A DNA stretch of 45,269 nt from an uncultured Chryseolinea sp. Its GTDB lineage: Bacteria; Bacteroidota; Bacteroidia; Cytophagales; Cyclobacteriaceae. The notes beneath the pieces are model-generated. The model ran no database searches and was not told the DNA's origin. It worked only from the letters and a program-made list of their open reading frames with translations. Below, one piece after another: positions 9,201-19,089 of this stretch. The DNA lies in NCBI GenBank assembly GCA_964397805.1, contig CAYNKN010000001.1, positions 1 to 45,269 on the forward strand, written 5' to 3'. Every line of letters begins with the position of its first letter. The first letter of the stretch is position 1. Made by a program: the position numbers and the translations under genes.

Positions 9201-10667
9201 ATGAAAGTTTTAACAATGACTAATTTTAATGTTGGTAGACCTTTATTTTTTTTGATACTGACATTAATTTTTGTCAATCAAAGGTCTTATAGCCAGTCAA
9301 CCAGTAGATTGTTCATCGAGGTCAGCAAGGTTAATCCAAAATATTTAGCCTACACAGATGGCTCTGCATTTATACCGGTTGGCCTTAATATTTGTTGGCC
9401 GCGATTTGAAAATCAGGAATACGAGATCTTGGCAAAAATGAAAAAGTACTTTGTTTTGCTGTCGCAGAATGGAGGTAATTATACGCGTGTATGGCTAAGT
9501 GCACCACAGTTTCAAGTCGAAAACGAGAAAGAGGGAGTTTACAACGAATCCATCGCAAAGAGAGTGGATTTTATTTTAGTTTTAGCCCGAGAACACAACA
9601 TCAAGGTAAAATTTTGCCTTGAACATTTTAGAAAGTTAACCGATTCTCCGGCTGCGTTTAAAGGATCAGTACCTTTTGATCGACCGGTTTATCATTCCAG
9701 TAACGGAGGCCCGGTAGAGACAATGGAAGACTTTTTTCTTACCCAGGCTGGTCGTGAAGCATATTTGAACAGATTGAAATTTTTTAGTGATCGATATAAA
9801 AACGATCCCATTATTTTTGGATGGGAACTTTGGAATGAGATTAACGCGGTGCCCATTGAAGACGAAAAAATACTTCAGCGGTGGACGAGCGATATGCTGG
9901 TTAAAGCAAAAGAATTATTTCCAAATCATCTGGTTATGCAAAGTCTTGGGAGTTTCGATAGCGAGAAATCCCGATCAATATATAATTCCTACTCCACGCT
10001 TGAGAAAAATGCTATAGCTCAGATTCACCGATATCTGGACCCAGGAGCACCCTTGGCAATATGCCAGGCACCCATGGATATTTTGGCAAGCGATGCAGTA
10101 CACGAATTATTGAATTTTGATTTAAGCAAGCCGGTTATTGTTTCAGAAATTGGTGCCGTAGAGGCTAAACATGCCGGCCCTTCCAAATTATACGAAAGTG
10201 ATTCGAGCGGAATGCTTTTGCACGATTTATTATTTGCGCCATTTTTTGCCGGGGCAGCAGCGCCCGGTCAAAGCTGGCACTGGAATGAATATATAGAAAA
10301 GAAGAATTTATGGTATCACTTTCAACGATTTTCAAATGCAGTAAAAGATATTGATCCAGTTAAAGAAAATTTTGTTTCCTCAATTACAGAGCAAAATGGA
10401 ATACGCATTTATACTTTAAAGGGAAATCATACCACGTTGCTTTGGTGCCGCGGCATTGCCAATACCTGGCAAAGTGAACTTGTTAAAAAACTTCCTCCTT
10501 CAAGGATGAAAAACAAAAAAATAAAATTGGATGCGATGAACGAACCATCTTGTTCCATCTACGATCCCTGGAATGATGTTTATAAAAAAGCTACCATCCG
10601 GAATGCAAAAATTAAACTTCCGGAATTTAAGCGATCTCTTGTGGTAAGAATTGATAAGCTTAATTGA
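9201..10667 (+). CDS. Clan GH-A (GH5-like) glycoside hydrolase
   Basis: Signal peptide; FIPVGLN, GNYTRVW, WELWNE acid/base motif, VIVSEIG nucleophile motif. Confidence 0.8.
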   Translation: MKVLTMTNFNVGRPLFFLILTLIFVNQRSYSQSTSRLFIEVSKVNPKYLAYTDGSAFIPVGLNICWPRFENQEYEILAKMKKYFVLLSQNGGNYTRVWLSAPQFQVENEKEGVYNESIAKRVDFILVLAREHNIKVKFCLEHFRKLTDSPAAFKGSVPFDRPVYHSSNGGPVETMEDFFLTQAGREAYLNRLKFFSDRYKNDPIIFGWELWNEINAVPIEDEKILQRWTSDMLVKAKELFPNHLVMQSLGSFDSEKSRSIYNSYSTLEKNAIAQIHRYLDPGAPLAICQAPMDILASDAVHELLNFDLSKPVIVSEIGAVEAKHAGPSKLYESDSSGMLLHDLLFAPFFAGAAAPGQSWHWNEYIEKKNLWYHFQRFSNAVKDIDPVKENFVSSITEQNGIRIYTLKGNHTTLLWCRGIANTWQSELVKKLPPSRMKNKKIKLDAMNEPSCSIYDPWNDVYKKATIRNAKIKLPEFKRSLVVRIDKLN

Positions 10668-11134
10668 GTAACTTATTTCCAGTTTTCAACATGCACACTA
10701 TGTTTTACAGAATATTACAAAAAGTCGTAATCGTCAATTTCGCCAGTATATTAATTGTATCTACTCTTGCGATCGTATTTCGATATGTATTCAACAGCTC
10801 ATTGTATTGGAGCGATGAGCTAATTCGCTATGCATTTGTCTGGCTGATATTTTCTTCATCGGCACTTCTGCTAAAAGAAGATAAACATGTGAAAGTGGAG
10901 TTACTCTTGGAAAATGCAGCGCCACGATTTAAGCGTTTTCTTACAGGCATTGACGAATTTATTTCTGGCATACTCACTCTTTTTTTTGTCATCGGAGGTT
11001 TTTTTTGGATGTGGAATGTAAAAGGTATGGAAAGCCCGGCATTGGGACTTCCTATGCATTGGATTTTGTATGGAGCCTTACCCATTTCTTTTTTGCCAGC
11101 CGCTTGGTTTATGATTCAAAAATTAAAGCAGTAA
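10664..11134 (+). CDS. dctQ: TRAP transporter small permease
   Basis: Four hydrophobic segments; RYVFNSSLYWSDEL and HVKVE motifs; adjacent to dctM. Confidence 0.9.
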   Translation: MSNLFPVFNMHTMFYRILQKVVIVNFASILIVSTLAIVFRYVFNSSLYWSDELIRYAFVWLIFSSSALLLKEDKHVKVELLLENAAPRFKRFLTGIDEFISGILTLFFVIGGFFWMWNVKGMESPALGLPMHWILYGALPISFLPAAWFMIQKLKQ

Positions 11135-11137
11135 GGT

Positions 11138-12409
11138 ATGCTTCTACTTCTGATTAGTCTTATTGTTTTTTTGTTATTGGGTGTTCGTATAGCATTTGCC
11201 ATTGCAGCCAGTTGTTTACTCTATGTTCTGTTTTATTCTGACATGAATCCTCTCATTGTCATACAACAGGTAGCAGTAGGGGCAGATTCACTTGTTTTAT
11301 TGGCAATACCTTTCTTCCTGCTATCGGGTGAGTTGATGAATTCCGGAGGTATTACGAATCGGCTGGTTAAGTTTTCGTTATCGGTAACCGGAAGCTCACG
11401 TGGTGGTTTAAATTATGTGGTAGTAATTGTAAACATGATTCTGGCCTGCGTTTCGGGTGCTGCCATTGCAAGTGCTGCGGCAGTAGGTTCAATACTTATT
11501 CCCACCATGAAGAAAAAGGGTTATGATGAAGGTTTTGCAGCAGCCCTAAACGCAACAGCGGCAACTATTGGTCCGGTGATACCACCCAGTGTTGGCTTTA
11601 TCATTTACGCATCGTTATCAAACACATCGGTCAGCAAGCTTTTTGTTGCGGGTACAATACCGGGGCTTTTAATTGGTTTTTCGTTACTCGCACTCTGCGC
11701 AGTACTGGCTTTCGTAAACCAATTCCCGAGAGGGGAGACAACGTTCAGCATGTTTCTTGCTTCCTTTAAAGATTCACTTTGGGCTTTGCTTATGCCGGTT
11801 ATTATTCTGGGCGGAATTCTGTCAGGTATTGTCACCCCGACTGAAGCGGGTCTGTTAGCATCGCTTTATGGTTTTGTGGTTGGCATGTTTGTGTACAAGG
11901 AGTTGGCGTGGAAACAAATTCCTGATATATTATTAACAGTGGCGAAGCAAACAGCTTCTATTATGTTTATCGTGGCAGCGGCTTCGGTTTTAGGACTACT
12001 AATTTCACGGGATACGGACCCTAAGATGATACAAGACATCCTTGCTGGCTTTTCTGGTAATAGGGAAGTTATCTTGGTGCTTGTCATTTTGATCATATTA
12101 GCGATGGGTACGGTAATGGAAGGAGGCAGTATAATGGTAATCTTAACGCCCATTCTGCTTCCAATTTTAAAAATTTATAATATCGATCTTATTCATTTTG
12201 GTGTAGTCTTCCAACTTGCAATAATGATGGGATTATTAACACCACCGGTAGGGTTACTGGTGTTTGTAATCTCTGCTTCTTCAGGTGTGCCGGTCAAATC
12301 AATTTTAAAAAATTTGTGGCCCTTTTACTTAATGCTCCTGCTCATTTTGTTTGCCGTGGCCTATATTCCTGAATTATCCCTCGGCCTTAATAAATTACTC
12401 AATCCATGA
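11138..12409 (+). CDS. dctM: TRAP transporter large permease
   Basis: LLAIPFF, IPPS, TPTEA, LTPPVG motifs; highly hydrophobic 423 aa. Confidence 0.95.
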   Translation: MLLLLISLIVFLLLGVRIAFAIAASCLLYVLFYSDMNPLIVIQQVAVGADSLVLLAIPFFLLSGELMNSGGITNRLVKFSLSVTGSSRGGLNYVVVIVNMILACVSGAAIASAAAVGSILIPTMKKKGYDEGFAAALNATAATIGPVIPPSVGFIIYASLSNTSVSKLFVAGTIPGLLIGFSLLALCAVLAFVNQFPRGETTFSMFLASFKDSLWALLMPVIILGGILSGIVTPTEAGLLASLYGFVVGMFVYKELAWKQIPDILLTVAKQTASIMFIVAAASVLGLLISRDTDPKMIQDILAGFSGNREVILVLVILIILAMGTVMEGGSIMVILTPILLPILKIYNIDLIHFGVVFQLAIMMGLLTPPVGLLVFVISASSGVPVKSILKNLWPFYLMLLLILFAVAYIPELSLGLNKLLNP

Positions 12410-13383
12410 ATTACAGGTTGATCATTAATTTATTTCTTTTAACACTGGCTTCATGTGCTGAAAAGGCCGAAAAAGTAAAACTAATCCGGGTTGGGTTTGT
12501 AATGGCCGAAGGCGGTGCTGCGTTTGAAGGTGCACAACGCTTTCAACAGTTAGTCGATAGTCTTTCGAGCGGAACATTAGAAGTAGTTTTATTTCCGAAT
12601 GCGCAACTGGGTAAGGAGCGTGAAATCACCGAAGGACTGGCGTTAGGAAGTGTCGATATTGCAATCACCGGGCCCTCACCTATAGCATGGTACCTTCCTG
12701 AATATGGTGTGCTGGAGGCTCCTTTTGTTTTTCGAAATTTTGATCATTTAGATTTGGTATTGGATGGTAAGATTGGCAACGAAATCAAAGCCGCTCTTTT
12801 ACAGGAAGCCGAACTTTATATCCTAACAACATTTCATCGGGGTGCGCGCTATCTCACTACCACCAATAAAAAGGTTACGAAACCAAGCGATCTGGCTGGA
12901 CTGAAATTGCGAGTGCCCGAGTTGCCCACGTACATAACTTCGTGGAAACAATTTGGTGCCAACCCTACGCCTTTACCGGTGAGTGATCTTTTTATGGCAC
13001 TTCGCCAGGGAGTGGTAGATGGTCAGGAGAATCCGTTAGAATTAATTTATACAAGCCATTTGTATGAAGTCCAAAAATACATCATGAACACGGAGCATCT
13101 CATTAGCTTTTATCCGGTTTTAACCAGTCAGCTATTGAGGCAGAAGTTAACTCCTTCTGAATGGTTACTGGTTGAAGAGGCAGCAATGTTGGCCACGGAG
13201 TATCAGAATTTATTAGTAGATGAGTATTCAGAAAAATTTAAATCAGAACTCAAAAGTAGCGGAATGATTTTCATCGATGTTGATCAAAAAGCGTTTCAGC
13301 AAATTGCATTGCAACAGTTACCTCCTATGTTTTCCGGAGTATGGAGGGAGGGAATTTTTGATGAGATACAACAGGTAAAATAA
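12406..13383 (+). CDS. dctP: TRAP substrate-binding protein, probable lipoprotein
   Basis: FPNAQLG, DLAGLKLRV (conserved carboxylate-binding Arg), ALRQGVVDGQEN motifs; lipobox LASC. Confidence 0.92.
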   Translation: MNYRLIINLFLLTLASCAEKAEKVKLIRVGFVMAEGGAAFEGAQRFQQLVDSLSSGTLEVVLFPNAQLGKEREITEGLALGSVDIAITGPSPIAWYLPEYGVLEAPFVFRNFDHLDLVLDGKIGNEIKAALLQEAELYILTTFHRGARYLTTTNKKVTKPSDLAGLKLRVPELPTYITSWKQFGANPTPLPVSDLFMALRQGVVDGQENPLELIYTSHLYEVQKYIMNTEHLISFYPVLTSQLLRQKLTPSEWLLVEEAAMLATEYQNLLVDEYSEKFKSELKSSGMIFIDVDQKAFQQIALQQLPPMFSGVWREGIFDEIQQVK

Positions 13384-13434
13384 AAGTAAATTTCTTCCCT
13401 ATTGTTAGGTTAACCGTAAAAGAATAGATACCGC

Positions 13435-14385
13435 ATGCAGCCAAAAATTTTAGTAACGAACAAAGTACCTTTTGATGTTTTACAGCCGGTAGAGAATATG
13501 GCGGAAGTGATCATGGGTTCGTCATCGTATGAGCTCATGTCAAGAGAGGAAGTGATGGAAGTAGGGAAAAAAGCTGTGGCGATTGTTAACCAGGCAGAGC
13601 TAAGGGTAGACAAAGAGTTGCTTGATGCCTTGCCCAAGTTGAGAATAGTAGCAAATGTTTCAATCGGCATTAATAATCTTGACGTAAAACTTCTTCAGAA
13701 GCAGAAAGTATGGGCATCCAATACGCCTGTTTTTTTTGCTTATCCGGTGGCAGAGTATGTCCTGGCGGGAATGCTGATGATTTCAAGACGATTGCTGGAA
13801 GCAGATAAATTTGTGAGAGATGGTAAGTGGAATTCCTTTCAACCAAGTCGATGGGATGGTGATTCACTCATAAACAAAACACTAGGTCTGATTGGTTATG
13901 GAAGTATTGCCCGGCAGCTTGCCAGAATCGCTTCAGCAATGGGTATGAATATTCTGGTACACGATATCTCTGCGTGCAGCGAATATGAAAATGTTTCGCT
14001 CCAAACGCTGATGACTACTTCTGATTTTTTGTCAGTACATGTGCCGTTGACGGAAAGAACATTTCATTTAATCAATAAAGGTAATATGGATACCATTAAG
14101 GATGGTGCCATAGTTATCAATACCGCCAGAGGCGAAGTAATTGAAGACGCTCCGTTGTTGGCTGCTTTGCAATCGGGTAAATTAAAAGGCGCTGTGCTGG
14201 ATGTATTTGAGTTTGAGCCGCGCGTAAGCGAAGCCTTGAAGATCATGAGCAATGTATTGCTTACGCCACATATTGCAGGGGGCACTAATCTTAGCAGGCA
14301 TCAGGCACGCCTGTTAGCCTTTCAAAATGTGGCCGAGGTACTACAGGGCAGACGACCATTAACACCTGTAAATGAATTGTTATGA
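13435..14385 (+). CDS. D-isomer-specific 2-hydroxyacid dehydrogenase (GhrB/2-ketoaldonate reductase-like)
   Basis: GYGSIA Rossmann motif, INTARG, LDVFEFEP, TPHIAG. Confidence 0.9.
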   Translation: MQPKILVTNKVPFDVLQPVENMAEVIMGSSSYELMSREEVMEVGKKAVAIVNQAELRVDKELLDALPKLRIVANVSIGINNLDVKLLQKQKVWASNTPVFFAYPVAEYVLAGMLMISRRLLEADKFVRDGKWNSFQPSRWDGDSLINKTLGLIGYGSIARQLARIASAMGMNILVHDISACSEYENVSLQTLMTTSDFLSVHVPLTERTFHLINKGNMDTIKDGAIVINTARGEVIEDAPLLAALQSGKLKGAVLDVFEFEPRVSEALKIMSNVLLTPHIAGGTNLSRHQARLLAFQNVAEVLQGRRPLTPVNELL

Positions 14386-15536
14386 GTAAAATTTCCAGCA
14401 TTAGTCTTTATAAAGTTCCTCCGCGGTGGGTATTTCTTAAACTGGAAACCGATGATGGATTGATTGGATGGGGTGAACCAGTTTTAGAAGGCAGAGCAGA
14501 AACAGTAATGGCCGCTGTAAAAGAGTTAGAAGAATATTTAATCAACAAAGACCCGAATCTGATTGAAGATATTTTTCAGGTTTTATATAGAGGTGGATTT
14601 TATCGGGGCGGGCCGATACTTACTAGTGCAATTTCGGGTATTGAACAAGCACTCTGGGATATTAAAGGTAAGCGTCTTGGAGTGCCAGTGTATGATCTTT
14701 TAGGCGGAGCGGTTCGCGACAAAATGGAAGTATACGCCTGGGTAGGTGGCGACCAACCCAACGATGTCGTGCAGGCTGCACTGGAAAGAAAGGCACATGG
14801 ATATAGAGCCATCAAAATGAACGGTGTACCTGCCATGGAGTGGATTGAGACACCGTCTAAAGTGAAAAGCATTGTTTCGTTGGTTCAAGAAGTCAGGGCT
14901 GCCGTGGGATGGGAAATCCAAATCGCGCTGGACTTTCACGGGCGTGTGCGCAAGCCGATGGCAAAGCAATTGTTCAAGGAACTGGAATTCATCAAGCCCA
15001 TGTTTATCGAAGAACCACTGCTACCTTGTAATCTAGATCAATTAGAACAAATTGCTTTTTACTCACCCATTCCGATCGCTACTGGTGAACGATTATTTAC
15101 CCGTTGGGATTTTAAAGAACTATTAATAAAGGGTATAGTTGATATAATACAACCCGACATCAGTCATGCAGGCGGCATTTGGGAACTTAGAAAAATTGCC
15201 GCGATGGCAGAAATTTTCGATGTAGCCATCGCACCTCATTGTCCTTTAGGTCCCATTGCGTTTGCTGCATCGCTCCAACTTGACTTTTGTACACCCAATG
15301 CATTGATTCAGGAAACCAGCATGGGAATTCATTACAATAGTGAAACCTATGACTTAGCCTATTACTTAAAAAATCCAGAAGTAGTAATGCCGGTTGACGG
15401 ATTTGTTCCTTTGCTAAAGGGACCAGGCCTTGGCATTGAAATCGATGAAGAAAAAGTGATCGAGGCCGCCAAAGTTGGGCATAATTGGAAAAACCCGGTT
15501 TGGAGAGGTAAAGATGGAAGTTTTATAGAATGGTAA
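14382..15536 (+). CDS. dgoD: Galactonate dehydratase (enolase superfamily)
   Basis: VPPRWVFLK, GWGEPVLEG, FYRGGP, DFHGR, APHCPLGP and C-terminal WKNPVWR..DGSF.EW match DgoD. Confidence 0.9.
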   Translation: MSKISSISLYKVPPRWVFLKLETDDGLIGWGEPVLEGRAETVMAAVKELEEYLINKDPNLIEDIFQVLYRGGFYRGGPILTSAISGIEQALWDIKGKRLGVPVYDLLGGAVRDKMEVYAWVGGDQPNDVVQAALERKAHGYRAIKMNGVPAMEWIETPSKVKSIVSLVQEVRAAVGWEIQIALDFHGRVRKPMAKQLFKELEFIKPMFIEEPLLPCNLDQLEQIAFYSPIPIATGERLFTRWDFKELLIKGIVDIIQPDISHAGGIWELRKIAAMAEIFDVAIAPHCPLGPIAFAASLQLDFCTPNALIQETSMGIHYNSETYDLAYYLKNPEVVMPVDGFVPLLKGPGLGIEIDEEKVIEAAKVGHNWKNPVWRGKDGSFIEW

Positions 15537-15681
15537 TATAGCCCATTGTCATCCGCGAACTACGGGTCGAGATAATATTGAACCACAATCGAATAAGATT
15601 GTCGGAGTCTTTAGAGCAAAAAGCATCTTGATTTGTTATTCGGTTTGGAGTTTCAAAACCGAAAAAATTACAACTACGATC

Positions 15682-17424
15682 ATGCAAGATTTTCAAATCA
15701 AAAAGACGACCAAAGAATATGATGTTTGTATTGTTGGTTCGGGTGCTGGGGGAGGAATGGCGGCTTATGTATTGGCCAATGCCGGGATTAAGGTTGTACT
15801 TATTGAGGCTGGACCTATGTATGATCCCGCTAAAAATGTCACGCAATTAAAATGGCCTTGGGAATCTCCAAGAAGAGGAGCCAGCACACCGTATCGATCA
15901 TTTGGCGATTTCGATGCTGCATATGGTGGTTGGGAAATAGAAGGTGAGCCCTACACGCATAGCGAAGGAACCGAATTTGATTGGTTTCGCGCGCGGATGC
16001 TGGGTGGTCGTACCAATCATTGGGGGCGTATTTCGCTTCGTTTCGGGCCGAAGGACTTTAAACGAAGAAGCATAGACGGACTGGGTGACGATTGGCCGAT
16101 TGGATATGATGATGTAGCTCCTTTTTATGACAAGGTTGATAAATTGATTGGAGTCTTCGGATCAAAAGAAAACCTTCCCAATGATCCGGATAGTATTTTT
16201 CTTCCTCCTCCTAAGCCTCGCTTGCACGAATTATTTATAAAAGAAGCTGGAAATAAGTTGAGCATCCCGGTTATCCCGTCTCGTTTGTCAATACTTACAA
16301 AGCCGATCAATTCGGAACGGGGAGCTTGTTTTTTTTGCAAACAATGCAATCGCGGATGTACCGTGTATGGTGATTTTTCTTCTTCCTCGGTACTCGTAAA
16401 GCCCGCAGTAAAAACAGGTAATGTAGACATCATCCCCAATGCGATGGCAAGAGAGGTGAATACTGATTCTGGTGGAAAAGCAACGGGTATTTCTTTTATC
16501 AATAAAGATGATAAACAAGAATATACAGTCAATGCTAAGATTGTGATATTGGCGGCCAGCGCATGTGAATCAGCACGGCTGCTTCTGAATTCAAAATCCT
16601 CCTTGTTTCCCAATGGGTTAGCAAATTCAAGCGGTGTGTTAGGTAAATACTTACATGACTCAACGGGTGCTTCGATGAGTGCTTTCTTGCCAAAGTTGGT
16701 AGGAAGAAAACGGTACAACGAAGATGGTGTGGGCGGAATGCACGTCTACACTCCGTGGTGGCTGGACAATAAAAAATTAGATTTCCCCAGGGGTTATCAT
16801 ATTGAGTATGGTGGTGGAGGTCTAACGATGCCTGGTTATGGCTTTGGATTCGGAATTCAACGAAACAATGGAAAATACCCTGGAAGTGATGGGGTGCAGA
16901 AAGAAGGCGGAGGATATGGTGCTGCCTTAAAAGATGATTATCGGCATTTTTATGGCGCTACTATTGGTATGGCAGGACGAGGTGAATCGATAGCGCGAGA
17001 GGATAATTACTGTGAGATCGATCCCAACATCGTAGACAAATTTGGCATTCCGGTGCTTCGCTTTCATTATAAGTGGAGCGATTATGAAGTTAAACAAGCC
17101 AAACACATGCAAGAAACTTTTGCTGAAATTATTGATACCATGGGTGGAGTTCCTTCGCGCGGAATCGGTAGTATTGCGGATAGCTACGGATTAGCGGCTC
17201 CAGGTCGTATTATACACGAGGTAGGTACTACACGCATGGGTAGTGATCCTAAAAAATCTGTGGTTAATAAATTCAATCAAGCACATGAAGTAAAAAACCT
17301 TTTTGTTGTAGATGGAGGTCCGTTTGTATCCCAAGCCGACAAGAATCCTACTTGGACTATTCTTGCCCTATCAATGCGGGCAAGTGAATACATTATGGAT
17401 GAATTAAAGAAACAGAATATCTAA
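15682..17424 (+). CDS. GMC-family FAD oxidoreductase (glycoside/sugar dehydrogenase catalytic subunit)
   Basis: [12 protein letters not shown] motif, Cys cluster [20 protein letters not shown] and KNPTWT motifs; no own signal peptide; ATG 15682. Confidence 0.92.
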   Translation: MQDFQIKKTTKEYDVCIVGSGAGGGMAAYVLANAGIKVVLIEAGPMYDPAKNVTQLKWPWESPRRGASTPYRSFGDFDAAYGGWEIEGEPYTHSEGTEFDWFRARMLGGRTNHWGRISLRFGPKDFKRRSIDGLGDDWPIGYDDVAPFYDKVDKLIGVFGSKENLPNDPDSIFLPPPKPRLHELFIKEAGNKLSIPVIPSRLSILTKPINSERGACFFCKQCNRGCTVYGDFSSSSVLVKPAVKTGNVDIIPNAMAREVNTDSGGKATGISFINKDDKQEYTVNAKIVILAASACESARLLLNSKSSLFPNGLANSSGVLGKYLHDSTGASMSAFLPKLVGRKRYNEDGVGGMHVYTPWWLDNKKLDFPRGYHIEYGGGGLTMPGYGFGFGIQRNNGKYPGSDGVQKEGGGYGAALKDDYRHFYGATIGMAGRGESIAREDNYCEIDPNIVDKFGIPVLRFHYKWSDYEVKQAKHMQETFAEIIDTMGGVPSRGIGSIADSYGLAAPGRIIHEVGTTRMGSDPKKSVVNKFNQAHEVKNLFVVDGGPFVSQADKNPTWTILALSMRASEYIMDELKKQNI

Positions 17425-17465
17425 CGGACTCTAGACACAAAATCGACTTACTAATTGCTACTGTT

Positions 17466-18122
17466 ATGGATAGAAGAAAATATTTAAAGACCCTCGTAGT
17501 TGGTTCAGCAGGTACGAGTTTATTATTCCAATCGTGCGAACCAAAGGTTGAAGCTGAGGCCTTGAAGGAAAGTGTTCCTGCATTTACAATAGATAGAACA
17601 GCGGAAGAGCTTATTCGGGAAAAGGAATTGTTAAGGGAAACTTTTTTTGATGAGCATGAACTAAAAACCATTAGTGTACTGGCCGACATTATTATTCCTG
17701 CCGATAGTGTTTCCGGGTCAGCCACAGATGCTGGCGTTACTGCCTTTATTGAATTTATTGTAAAAGATATGCCAGAACATCAAGTGCCTGTGCGCGGTGG
17801 TTTGAAGTGGTTGAACTTCCAATGCTTAAAAAGATTCAATGCTGATTTCGCATCGTGCACAAGCGCACAACAAATTGAAATGATTGATGAAATTGCCTAT
17901 CCGGCAAAAGCAAAACCAGAAATGAGGCAAGGAGTAGCATTTTTTAATAAGATGCGCGATCTCGTAGCGTGTGGATTTTTTACAAGTGAAATCGGAATCA
18001 AAGATTTGGGTTACGTTGGTAATAAGCCAAATCAGTGGGATGGTGTTCCACAGGATGTACTCGATCAGTATGGATTAAAATATGATGAGCGAACCTTGGC
18101 TGAATGTGTGAAGTTTGATTGA
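17466..18122 (+). CDS. Gluconate 2-dehydrogenase subunit 3 family protein (Tat partner of the GMC subunit)
   Basis: MDRRKYLK twin-arginine signal; ADIIIP, SATDAGV, GFFTSEIG..DLGYVGN motifs. Confidence 0.88.
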   Translation: MDRRKYLKTLVVGSAGTSLLFQSCEPKVEAEALKESVPAFTIDRTAEELIREKELLRETFFDEHELKTISVLADIIIPADSVSGSATDAGVTAFIEFIVKDMPEHQVPVRGGLKWLNFQCLKRFNADFASCTSAQQIEMIDEIAYPAKAKPEMRQGVAFFNKMRDLVACGFFTSEIGIKDLGYVGNKPNQWDGVPQDVLDQYGLKYDERTLAECVKFD

Positions 18123-18132
18123 TGACAGTAAC

Positions 18133-18246
18133 ATGTTGTTTAACGATGTAGCAAAAGATAAATACAACAACCTTTATGTTGGTGATATACGCGGATTGAA
18201 AGTTCTAAAATTTAGAGTTAAGCCGAAGCACGGAAAGCCTGAATAA
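18133..18246 (+). pseudogene. C-terminal remnant of an NHL-repeat beta-propeller protein
   Basis: Manual translation MLFNDVAKDKYNNLYVGDIRGLKVLKF resembles one NHL blade; in-frame stop a few codons upstream. Confidence 0.45.
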
Positions 18247-18335
18247 CTCTTCAAAGTTTTTCCGTGATAATCTGTGCGAGTGTGAAAATATTTTGTAGTG
18301 AGCGTTTGTGATTTTGGCTCAATATATTTACGCCC

Positions 18336-18834
18336 TTAAATCAAATTCTCCGTGCATTTTTTTGCAAGGGAAAACGGAATTCCCGCGCGGTTAAACACAT
18401 TGGCAATTTCGGGCACCGGGCAAGCCGAACAATACTTTAGCCACTCGCCTGTCATCTTTGTGCGATCGCTAAGCGCATTGAAGCTTGCATAATCAATCGA
18501 ACCATCTGGAGAAAGGTTTAGCACAATCACTGGCACTTTCTTTCGCGTGTTGCACGACAGGCAGTACGGTGGCCGATAAAGCATAGGTTGTTACATACAT
18601 AAAAATAATGTCTACATCGGCTGCGCTAAAATGATGACCGGCTTGTACCGCTTTTTGTGGTGTATCAATCAGACCAAGATTAATAACCTCAACTTTATTG
18701 GTAGCCAGACGCTCGTGAACCAAGCTCAAATACCTTGTAAGAAATTCGCGCAGATCATCGAACTGCTGCCAATAGGCTTCAAACCCGATACCGAATAGCC
18801 CGGCTTTAAACGTATAGGGGTAGTATGTGTTCAT
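18336..18834 (-). pseudogene. L-arabinose/L-fucose isomerase family pseudogene (frameshifted and truncated)
   Basis: GLFGIG..YWQQF, YVTTYALSATVLPVV in one frame continue as KVPVIVLNLSP...CSACPVPEIANVF in the other; removing a CTTT duplication at 18536..18543 joins them; only about 164 codons remain. Confidence 0.8.
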
Positions 18835-19089
18835 GGATTAAATGGCCTTAACGTTTTGGTTAGTTTTAACTTTGTTGGATTTGCGTGTCACGGTAGAGGG
18901 CTTTAAAAAAAATATCAGCATAATATCTATTGGCTTGCTTAAATAATACATATCAAACACAGGCGAGAAATGTTTTGCTGCGATTAATGTTTCTTTGCGC
19001 GAAGAAGATCATGAATTCAATTTATTGGCTCATAATTTTGAAAAAAAATCACTTTTGATAGGATGCAATTTCAGGGATGGTATTAGTGA

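Noticed and set aside
16125-16718. 197-aa antisense ORF (and similar ones at 7247, 24463, 38802, 43241)
   Set aside because: Fully nested opposite well-supported genes; expected shadow ORFs.
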